From assembly GCF_964188315.1 (NCBI RefSeq), contig NC_135657.1:310001-374000 (forward strand): a DNA stretch of 64,000 bases. The letters are read 5' to 3'. The translations under genes were made by a program, and so were the position numbers. Source of the stretch: Podarcis muralis. Its lineage: Eukaryota. Below the pieces are notes generated by a model. That model saw nothing but the letters and a program-made list of their open reading frames with translations, made no database searches and was not told the origin of the DNA. Below, one piece after another: positions 20,141 through 30,830 of this stretch; the first letter of the stretch is position 1; each line of letters begins with the position of its first letter.

Positions 20141-23100
20141 TTTTGAAGGGGGGAAATGAATGAATTCCTATGCCCCACAAATAACCCAGAGAGACATTTC
20201 AAATAAAAGGACACATTCTACTCATGTAAAAACACGCTGATTCCTGGACCGTCTGTAGGCCAGATTGATAAGGCGACTGGGCCACATTTGGCCCCTGGGC
20301 CTTAGGTTGTCTACCCCTGAGCTAGAGGGTGATTGCTGGACTTTGCACACTGCAATGGGTGGAGAAAACCAATGTTGAAAGGATGTAGTAAGGCTGGGCA
20401 TGGTGTTTGTGCATCTGGTGAAATTGCCAGTGTGTCTCTTGAGCTGTTGCTGCTGACGTTGGCGATCTCTACAAATGTGGTTTTATGTGACACCTTTGCT
20501 TTAAATGGCCTGAGTCTCTATCTGGGGTAGAGGAAGGGGAAGGGAATACGCTGTTAGAGGTGACTTTCAGATTTCTACCAACCTTTCCTGAATGTGCACC
20601 AGGTATGGGCTGGGCCCCAACGGCGGTATTGTGACTTCTCTGAACCTTTTTGCGACAAGATTTGACCAGGTACATAATTTCTGGTGAATTTCACTGAATG
20701 GTACTGCGTTTAGCTTGAGTTTGTAGGTGCCAAATATCCTCTCTTGGAGAATTTGCCAGCAATGATGAGCATTTGACATTCTGGGCCACATCAGAGGGCC
20801 ACATATTATTATCAATACTAAGGCTCAGAGCAAATTTGTATCTTAACTAATTTTAAGGTGTATTTTAATTAATAGATTGCCTGTTCTTATGTTCTTTGTA
20901 TACTGTCTTAGTTTTATGATGTTAGCTGCTCGGCTCCAGCCGGGGAAGGCGGAGTACAAGTAAATTTGTTGTTGTTGTTGTTTATATCCCAGTTAACAAT
21001 TTAATCACATAATGGTAAATCTGTACTTCTGATGCTGATGATATCATGGTTTTTTGTGTATCATGAACTTAACTGCAAACTCTAATTCTCTGTTTCTACC
21101 TATAAATCATCTTTCCCTTTCTGACTAGGTGATGAAGTTCATTGAGAAACGACAGGCAGCATCTCAGTGAGTCAGTGGGAAGCCTGCTGTCACCTGGGGA
21201 GGGGGGTGATGGAAGTTCCTCTTGAAGGGAGGTGCGTATGTAGCCTCACCTTCAGTAGAACAAAGGGGTGAACTGTGTCACATTATTGTGCATGTATTCA
21301 CGATGATCATTCCACTTTTCTAACTTAGTGTGAGACATTCAAGGCAAACCATAATTAATCTTAGAATTGAAAATAATTCCAAAACAATTAAAGAAAAAAA
21401 TCGGGAGTTTAAAAGAGACCCCAATTTTGTGCTGACCTCACTCTGATCTTTAATCTCCATTCAGGAGCTGATGAGTGAAGATTAAATTTTGCTGCCTGGG
21501 CTGTGGGATCCTGTTCCCTGATGAGAACAGGATTGTGCAACCCGTGCATGATTAAACCCCATCTTCCAGGTGTTAGCTGATTAGTGGGTGAGCTTGTTTT
21601 GGAGAAAGTGATTTGAACGTGGCCTGTGTGTGAGAGAGAACAAATTCTTCCCCTTGCAGGTACGTCCTGATTGACACTCCTGGGCAGATTGAGGTCTTCA
21701 CCTGGTCTGCTTCCGGCACCATCATCACTGAAGCTCTGGTGAGGACCTGCTGCTCAGCTGGCCTCCTTTGCAGGAGGTGCCTGGGGGCAGGTTGCCCGGT
21801 TGGGCTAATGCTTCCCCCCTTTGATGTACCCATTTAGGCTTCCTCCTTCCCATCCGTGGTGGTTTATGTGATGGACACGTCACGCAGCACCAGCCCTGTC
21901 ACGTTCATGTCTAACATGCTTTACGCCTGCAGGTAAGAGGAGGATTCTCTCCATAGTGTTATTTACCTGTTATGCAATTAATAATGGCTTACCCATTATC
22001 AGAGAGCATCTCTCTGATTGTTCTTTGTTTGGGAACAGGGTTGTTCTCTCAGTAGCTGCTGAGAAGGCTCAGAGACGACTCCCTCATTCCCGGGAGGTGG
22101 AATTGATAGCCCCTCTTCTGGTGGCTTCTTGGCTTCTTCCTTGAACCTTGAGCAAGAAGCTGCCTCTGCTGCTCTCAGGCCTTCTCTAGGAAAGCACACA
22201 AACTGCCTGCTCTTTCAGTCATGAGTTTCTAAGTGAAATGTCTTTGTGGCAACCCCAGATCGAAAATGGCAATCTCTGCATCCCTGATCATGCTGTTGTT
22301 GTTTTCTTCTCCTCAGTATCCTGTACAAGACGAAGCTCCCATTTATCGTGGCCATGAACAAGGTGAGTGGAATGCCCTGATCTTGAACCAAGAAGACCAT
22401 CTGGATGATGCTTTCCTGAAACAAGTTACAAATGCTTCAGGGAAGCAGGAACTGGTAGTTTTGGGGAACTTCAGCACACCCTGGGATCTTTTGGGAGACG
22501 TACTCCACAGAGCATGGATTCCCCCACCCAATTCCTGGCCTGCCTTGTGGACAACTTGCATTTTCAAAAGGTGGAGGAAGAGATGAGGAGATTGACTGAC
22601 CTTGGCATTAGTCCAGCCTATAGGGAAAAATTGTTCAGTGGCTTTAAAGCAGTGGGAACTTGGGGCAAGAACGACGGCAGACAGTGGTCATGCAGGGTGT
22701 GCTGGAATTCAGGCCCCTACGGAAAGCTTAAGGGGGTGTAGCTAAAGAGATTTGCCGCATTTAAGGAAGTTGATTTTAATATGCTCAGAGAAATGCTAGT
22801 CAGGAGAATTCCATGGCCCAATACCCTGACAGGGAAAAGAGCTGAGTTGGGTGGGAGTTTCTGCAGGAAGCCTTACAAAAGGCAGGGTCGCAAACAATTC
22901 CAGTGCGAGAGAGAGAAGATCAGAGCACGGGTAGACAGTGGGATGTTGGAAGCTGGTCCCACAGATGTTATTTGCAGTGGTTTGGCTTCTTCAGCCATGG
23001 CCTACATGACAAAATGAAGGACTCCTGGTAGGAGATGGGCATTGTGTGCTGTTGTGGCCACTCCTGTCCTAAAGTGATCCGTCGAACAGAAATGCAGATA

Positions 23101-26100
23101 ATGCAAACAGCTGCACAGAAGTACTTGAATCTGAGAGCAGAAGCTGTTTTGGCAGTGTTTGGGTGAGGGCGGCAAAGAAGAGGGTGACGAAAGGAATGTT
23201 CAGCCAGCAGGAAGATGCTTTCTTGGAGCAGAGCCTGCCACTTCCAGAGAGGAAGGAAGGAAGCTTGACCCCCATAAAGAATGGAAGGTTGCTGGGCTCA
23301 GGGGTGGGCGAGCAGGCATGGAAGGCTCTTCAGGTGCCTTGAAGGGCTGCTGTCCCTTTTGCTGATGAAACTTTGCTGTTCAATTGCGTCTTTCCAGGGT
23401 GGAGCTTGCACTCTGGGTGTGACCACAGCCTTCACTTGTTTAGCTGGTCCTTGTCTCATGGTGGGGGGAGGGCAGGAGGAGCTGCCACTGCCTCTTGGCC
23501 TGGCCTGCCATGGCTGAAGAGAAGCAGCCGTCATGGTGTGGGGCCTGTGCTCCTTGCCCCAGAGGTGGCATTGCGGAGCAGCTGCTCACCTGTGCCCCCT
23601 GCCACCCTCACTCACTCTCTGCCTTCCTGACGCAGACAGACATCATCGACCACAGCTTTGCTGTGGAGTGGATGCAAGACTTTGAAGCCTTCCAGGACGC
23701 CCTCAGCCAGGAGACCACCTATGTCAGCAACTTGACTCGCTCCCTCAGCCTGGTGCTGGACGAGTTCTACCACTCGCTCAAGGTGGGCACGGTCCCCCAC
23801 CCCCACCCCCATCCAGGTGTGGCTGGTGAATGAGACCTCTTTGCAGGCACACTCCTGAAATTGCATGAAGTTGGCATTTGTTTCCCACCTTCACTCTGTC
23901 CAACTTTCAGGGAAGCAGCTCCAAGGAGGGAGGGGTACCTTCCTCTGCAACCCGCCCCCCAAACCCTGAGTATACCAGATACCCTGTGCTGTTTCATCTG
24001 GACAGACTATTGTGGATGCTTGAAGGACTTGGAGCAGGGAGGCCTGAGAGTTCAGGTGTCTCTCCCCCCCCCCCCCCCCCCGCTAGATGGCCTTGTGCCA
24101 CCTCTTCTGGAAAAGGAGCTTGTGCCCATCACTCCTGTCCCTCGGGGAGGGGGGCTAGGCAATGTTCTGGTGCTGATGCTCCACTGGAGCAGAGGAAGGT
24201 GTTTGCAAGCCCCTCTCCTGCACTCAATTCCCACGCTCCGCACAAACCCTGTTTGAAACGAAGGACTTTCTCTTGCAGGTGGTTGGTGTTTCTGCTGTCC
24301 AGGGGTCAGGGCTGGATGAATTTTTCGAACTCCTCTCCAAAGCTGTCGATGAGTATGAGAGGTGAGAGAGTCCCCTTGTGTAAGGGGGCCCACCTAGTCC
24401 TTGTCCATTTCTCACAGTGGCCAACCAGATGCCTGGAAGCAGATCCGGAGGCCAAAGGAGCCCTTGGCACACCTGCTTTCCTCAGCAACTGGTGTCTAGA
24501 GGCATCCTCCCTCTGCCTGTGGAAGGAGAAGATGCATTGTCCTAATTCTCTTCTAAAGCCATTCAAATTGGGGACCCATCACTGCCTCCTGCAGGAGGGA
24601 GTTCCAGAGTTGAACTGCAGGCTGTGTCAGGAAGTCCTTCCTTTTGTGTGCCCTGAGTCTTCTGACTTGCAGCTTCACTGGATGCAGCATTGCAAGAGAG
24701 GGAGGAAAGCCTTTCTCTCTCCCCTTCTCTGTGAGGCTTCTGCCATCCTGCTGCGCTGCATCCCAGAACAATGGCCCAGATGAGTTTGCATTAACTCCAA
24801 GGCTTCCTGCAAATCCATTTGGGTGACCAGAACAGGGGGCCTTTGAGGGGGCAAGATCCCCTCTGCTGCTCTATGGGGAGACATGAAGCCCCGGGGGAAG
24901 TCTCTTCCCCTGCCCGTTCCAGCCCTGCCCTTGGGTCAGTGACTGGAGGTCTGGGCTGTGGTCCTTGCAGTAAAGGGCCTCCTAGTCTCTACAATGGTTG
25001 TCTGGGAGTGAGGCTGTGGTGCCCAAGAATAAACAGCTGAAACCCATTTCTCTTCTCCCTCCAGAGAATACCGCCCAGAGTATGAGCGCCTAAGGAAGAA
25101 AATGGTGAGTCTGTCTCCAGATGCACTTGGCGTGTTGTTGCTCTGCCCTCTGCTGGTGCTTCCCCTGCCCCCAGTCAGTCACATGGGAAAGGCTCCCCAC
25201 GCATCATCATCATCATTTTATTATGTGTACCCCACCCATCTGACTGGGTTGCCCCAGCCTCTCTGGGCGGTTCCCATCAAAATATTAAAAACACAACAAA
25301 ACCTCAAACATTACAAACTTCCCAATACAGGGCTGCCTTTAGATGTCTTCTAAAGTTGTGTAGTCCTTCATCTCCTTGACATCTGACGGGAGGGCGTTCC
25401 ACAGGGTGGGCGCCACGACTGAGAAGGACCTCAGTGTCCAGGCTGGACAATGTGGGTGGAGAAGCTCCTTCTGCTTGTGTAAGTCCTCCTTTGGCCTCAA
25501 GGTGGGCACTTCCATCTTACCGGATGGAGGGAGGAGAGGAGGTCAGGGAGCACCTCCTGCCAGCATGTTGGGGGCTCCCAATTGCCTTCCCAAGTGGCGG
25601 CTTCTGCTCCCTTGCCAGAAGAACTCAAAGGAGCCATTGGCGCTCAGGGTTTAGTGTGCTGCCTTCTGTACATGTGTGCACATAAATGTACATCTTTGTA
25701 GATACTGGAGTCCTGAGTGGTTTCTCCTTCCACTCTCTCTCGGCTCTGAAGGACACACTCATTAGCCCTGTGGCGGCTATTGTCTCTGTTTATAGACAGC
25801 TTCCGACCTGAAGAACTCAGAGCTGCTGTTGGCCCTGCAGGGCTCTGACTTCTCACCAGCTTTGCTGCGGGTGGCGGCAGCAGTTGCTTTAGGAGCTGCA
25901 CAGGTGCGCTCTGGGCACCACCAGGGCATGGTGGGAGGCAGCCGGCTGGAGCCCCACAGGTGCCAACTGGAGCTCTGCTGGAGAAGGCAGGCAGGGACCC
26001 ACATGTGCTGGAGGACCAGCAGGAATTGCTTCCTTCCCTTTCCTTGCTTGCAGGAGCAGGTGGAGAGCCAGCGGCAGCAGGAGCAGCTGCAGCGTTTGCA

Positions 26101-27111
26101 GAGAGACCTGGGCCCCCTTGCGATGGAGAGCAGTGCGGCAGCCTCAAGTGAGTCAAGGCCAAGGGGGTGGGGCTGCGGAGGCCTAGAGAGGCTGCTTGGG
26201 GGTCACAACTGGTGGACACACTGGCTCTTGCCTTCAAGCAGGGAGGAGGCTGCTGGCAGTGCCAACCTTTCCGCCATCCCTTGAGCCATTGCTCTGGGGA
26301 GGCAGAGCGGGTGTGGGCAGGGTCTGTACCCTGGCTGACTGCTTTCCTCAGCTGGGGAGCCCCACGCTGCACCTGTTGGATTAGGCTGCTGCTGTCTCCT
26401 CCTCCCTGGATTCCCAGCCAGCCTCTCCCTGTTTATGCCTGTGACTTCTGCCATGGCTGCGCAGCCCCTCTTGAGCATGCAGGAGGGGAGTCTTCCTGGC
26501 ACAGAGCTTTGCCCATTGCCTTGTGGTGGGGGCAGGAGCGACAAGGTGGGCCCCTGGCAGGCGGGAGGGGGGCACAGTCTGGGGCCAGGACAGGCTTGGC
26601 AGCCACTTGGCCTTTGTCTCCAGGCTCCATAGCAGAATCCGCAGCGGGTCCCTCGGCACTGATTCTGACCCGAGGAACTTTGGAGGGGGAAGAGGAGCCG
26701 GAGGAAGGCCAAGAGAGTGACACTGATGACATTGACCATGAAGGTAAGGCGGGCTCTGGAGATTGGGAAAGGTCAGTGGTTTGGGGGGAGGAAAAGGCAA
26801 ATCAAGAGGCCGGTGGGGGGAGGGGGCATCCTCCAAAATGCCTGCATCCCGTTTCAGGGTGGCTGGTGTGTTGGTGCAGCATGAGCCCTGACCGTGATCT
26901 CAGAGGGACTTTGCGTAGCAAGCTCCACTGTGCTTGGCCGGGGATGTTCCCTCTGGGATGCTCTTCCCCCTTGGTGCTGTTCTGGGACCCACTTCACCCA
27001 GGGGCTTTTTTGTCCCTTGCCCTAGTGACGGAGGAGCGCTGCGAAGAACCCGCCTTCCGGAACTTCTTGCAGGAGGCGAAGCAGCGCTACGCGGCCAGAA
27101 GCGGCCACTAG
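19664..27111 (+). CDS. GPN1: GPN-loop GTPase 1
   Basis: 14 exons: 19664-19759, 19852-19945, 20035-20074, 20603-20669, 21129-21166, 21660-21738, 21838-21932, 22317-22362, 23636-23782, 24279-24361, 25065-25104, 26054-26147, 26624-26743, 27026-27111. Motifs GMAGSGKT (P-loop), GPNG, DTPGQ, NKTD; frame continuous. Confidence 0.97.
20075..20602 (+). other. U12-type (minor spliceosome) GT-AG intron 3 of GPN1
   Basis: 5' splice site GTATCCTT; branch-site-like TTCCTGAAT about 10 nt before AG; no polypyrimidine tract. Confidence 0.8.
22380..22900 (+). mobile_element. Degraded CR1 ORF2 endonuclease-region fragment
   Basis: [29 protein letters not shown]...[15 protein letters not shown]...[12 protein letters not shown] across frames. 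Confidence 0.7.
25205..25445 (-). mobile_element. L2 LINE 3' fragment
   Basis: Homologous to 35320-35620. Confidence 0.8.
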
Positions 27112-29749
27112 GGGAGGCGAGAGGAGAACCCAAGGGGGGCCTGGAGCTGGAGGAAGTTGGGCCCCTGGGAGAGGATTCTCAGGCTGCCCTTACGGTGCTG
27201 CCTTCTGGGCTGGTGGAGCTGAGCAGGGCTGGCTGCGGACTTCTGCCCGTTAACACAGAGTCCTTGGAATTGATGGCAGCGGCTGGGATCCCATTTTGTT
27301 TGGGGGTGAGGCTCCAGCAGAGACCGCCTAGGCCAGGGGAGGCAGGGTCAACCCATTGTGGAAGAGCATGCATTGAAGTGACCCATCTTCCCATTGTCAC
27401 CCAGCGAATTTCACTGTAATATTATATGTGTTCAGTTTGTAAGTTATCATGAGATAATGTATATTTTGTTATGAATTGCTGCTTCTGCCTCTTCCTGCGG
27501 GGCGTATGTGTGCTGGGTGCCCCCCCCCCCTTCCCTGGCCACCTATGCCAATGGGGAGGCAGGCGGGGCCTCTCACAATGGCATGGGAACCTTGGGTGGT
27601 GGACCAATTTCCCTGATCATCTTGAGAGGGTCGGAGAAGATGTGGCTGGGCTCCCTCAAAGGAGAAAGGGGAGGGGGCTCCCTGAGGATCTGCCTGGGTT
27701 GGGGCTGGTCCTCCTTTCACCTGTTCCAAGAAGGGAGCTGGAGTTGGGGGTGAAGCAGCAAGTTCTTCTGGCTGGCAGAAGCCCCAGAAGAGGGAAAGCA
27801 AGGGCTCCCAAGGAACCTCCGAAGCGAGGATGGGCAAGAAAGTGGTGCCCATGGTTTAGCGTACAGTGATGGGGGGGGGGAATTTCCTACCATTACATCT
27901 GTGCTGGTGGAGTCTGAGCTGGTGATGACTGACTGGGGAAGAGGTAACAGATTCCCCCCTTATGTGGCAGCTGTGAGAAGGCAGATCCCCCCTCCCAGGG
28001 GTCTTTAGGAAAGGGGTGGGAAATAAAAACTGCTTGGAAGAATCCTGCTCCTTAAGGCCTCCTTGCCTGAAATGCCTCCTGAGCATCTTCCCGTCATCTC
28101 CCTTGGCCTCAAGGGGAGAACCTTGTTCCCAGAGAGCCAGGAGGATGTTGCACTCAGCACAGACCCACCACTTCCGTCCAAGAGGCAGGCAGTCGACTTT
28201 GCAGGTGGTTGGATTGTCCCGGCACTCATCTCTTGGCTAACCATTGTTAATGCATTTACAGTAGAGAGGTTTGCCTGTCCTGTCTGCTTGCACGGCTGCT
28301 GTTGGAGCTCCCCTTGCACTGGTACCCAAGCTTGCTTTATTTTTGTACTCCTGGGGGGCTTGTGCTGCAGCCAGTTAGATTAAAAAGACTTGCTTTATGG
28401 GGCTGCATCAGACTGCTATGGAAACCTAACAGAGCTGTAGATTACACGAGGGGAACAGTGACTAGGATCAGACGGGCAGACTCAAGGGAGGCTTTCTACT
28501 CAGTCCTAATGTGCATTTTTCTAAACGTGCATTCCAGGTTGCAAAACCTAAGCTAAACGCACTCTGCCTATTAAACCACTTTTGTAAAGGCTTCTCCTTT
28601 GAAGCTTAAACTGAGCAGGACCTTTCCGGCAGAAAAGCTCACACACTTTGTTCAGAAACCACTTTACCCTGTGGCTCTTGGGAGGGCAGAGCCAGACACC
28701 CCGTTTGCTCACTTAAGCGAGGTGAATGCCTTCTCTCCTGCTGAAAATGGCTGGCCTGGCCACTGCTGACCAGAGCAGAGCACAAAGCAGCTCTTGGCCC
28801 ACCACTCCCCAAGTGACTTGCAACCAGGCATTGGTCTGCTGAAGACTGCGTCTGCTTTCCCAGGGGAGTGAGTGCCTCTTGAGGGTCTCTCCCCATCACA
28901 CAGGATTCCTGCCAGAGTCCCCCCCCCCCCTCTCTCCTAGGAGGTGCTTCTCAGTTCTTTGTTCCTGGCTCTGGGGGAGTTTAAAGAGAGGCAGTCCCTC
29001 CCTCTGCCACCTCTTCCATGGTGGACTGGCTCTTGCCTCTTTTTCTACTGGCAGGGAAGCGTCTTTCCCCACTTGTGGGCAACCACATGCAAATCAGCTT
29101 CCAAGTCCCACAGCAATGATGGTGCCAAAGTGGCTTTTACTAGTTCCTGTTTCCTTGCCTTCAAAGGGAGCTCTGTCCCTGAACCCCCAGAGGAGTGTTG
29201 GCCTCCCTGCTCCCTTTCACAGGACACTTCCCTTGTCAAGATGGGCAGTAGTTTCCCCAGTCAAAATTCATTCTTCTGCAAGCCAGATTGCAATCACAAG
29301 CAGGCAATTGGGTGGATGGTGCAAATTTTGCCATGGGGGGAAAAAAAGGTAAAGGACCCCTGCAGGGTTGGAAGGGATCCCAGGGATCATCTAGCCCACC
29401 CCCTGCAACGCTGGGACTGGAATGCTGGAACCCGTGGACATCCAGTGAAGCCCAATGTTGGGAGAGTCAGGACAGGTTGGGAGGTTCGTCCAACTTGCAT
29501 GGTTTAAAAGAGTCCACAAATTTCATTGGGGATCCGGTTCAATGGCTGCCAGCCGGATGGCTATGCTCTGCCCTCGGGGTCCGAGGCAAAAATGCTTCCG
29601 AGTACAACATGCTGCTGCTCTCAGGTCCTGCTGGGGGGCTTCTTCCCTTTCCGGAGCGCCTAGTGAGGAGACTGGAATAGTTGGGCCTGATCCAGACAAC
29701 GCGTAAGCTGTAATGACACAGTGGGGATTGGACGCTGTGATAAGAATAG

Positions 29750-30830
29750 GGTGCCCATACATAAGGGCACCCTGGAAATGCACGGATCAAAGGGCGCAGG
29801 GTGCCCGCTCGCGCAGGAGGGAGCCGACCAGCCGATGCAAAACCGGCGCACCCGCCGTTTCCCGGCCAGCGGTTCTTTCCTCTGCGCTCCTCCCGGCGGG
29901 TCATTCCTCCTCTGGTCGCCTGCTAGGGATGCACGACCTGTCTGCAAGGGATTCCCACATGGCGGGCTTGGTGTGGGCAGCCCTCATCTTTGCAATGCAG
30001 AGTTGGTCGGCCGCCAGGCCTGGTGCTGGAAAGCAGCTCCCGGTAGAGCCCGTCCCCGGGGATCCTGCCATCTTCCCTTCCGTGGACACGAGCAAGCCAG
30101 GCGGCGCTGAGGCAGGAGGGCGAAGATGCCGGGAATGGGGCTTCTAAGAGATGCTCTTTCCCCTTTGGAAACCTGACAGTGGGGGCAAAGACCGCCGCCC
30201 CTGCCCAGCGCAGCAACCCGGCTTGGAAAGGAAGCGGCGGCGGGGCGGCCTCGGGGGGCCCAAGCGCGTGGCCTCCGCTGGGGATGCATTGCCCCGCCCC
30301 CCGCTGCAGCTGGTGCCCGGAGCCGGCGATGCGGCGGCGGAGAAGGTGAGCGGCGGGGTCCCCCTCCGCTTGGGTAAGCCCAGCCCTCTGGCCCGCGCCC
30401 CGGGTGGGGGGTTGCAAGGGGGGGGGGGAGCCGCCCACCGCCCAGCCTCGCGGGCGGCGCAGCCTGGTTGTTGTTCCTGCCGCGCGTCTCTAGCCGGGAG
30501 GTCCCTAAGCTGGAGACCGGCGGCGCCAGGTGCGCAGCGGCGCGCAGAGGACAGGGCGACCCTGCCCGGGTCGGGCGCCTTCGGGGGCTTTTTCCTCCGG
30601 CTCCGCTCTGGCCCTCGGGCTCCCGCCTGTTCGCTTGCCTCCAGAGCCTTGGGCAGAGGAAGGGGTTGCCGGGACGCCAAGGTGGCAGCGGGGCCGCGGG
30701 CGTGGGGCTGCCCCACTTTCTTGCCCTTCCCCCCCGAAGCGGCTGCTGCAGAATCTCCCTTTGCAGAAGCCGCGCCGAGTCGGAGGCCTTAGCGGGCTCG
30801 AGGCGTTGTCCATTTTATAGATGGGAAATA
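29750..30830. promoter_or_regulatory. CpG island, promoter and first exon of the ST6GAL-like gene
   Basis: CpG-rich; contains ATG at 30329 and donor AG|GTGAGC at 30345/30346. Confidence 0.7.

Noticed and set aside
21035-21124. Possible C/D box snoRNA (CTGATGA ... CTGA) in GPN1 intron 4
   Set aside because: The D-box candidate overlaps the 3' splice site and there is no terminal stem
29748-29773. Perfect 9-bp hairpin AGGGTGCCC-N8-GGGCACCCT upstream of the ST6GAL-like promoter
   Set aside because: Too short to separate from chance or a collapsed hAT remnant
27200-30300. SUPT7L expected tail-to-tail with GPN1
   Set aside because: No SUPT7L-like peptide found in the minus-strand ORFs
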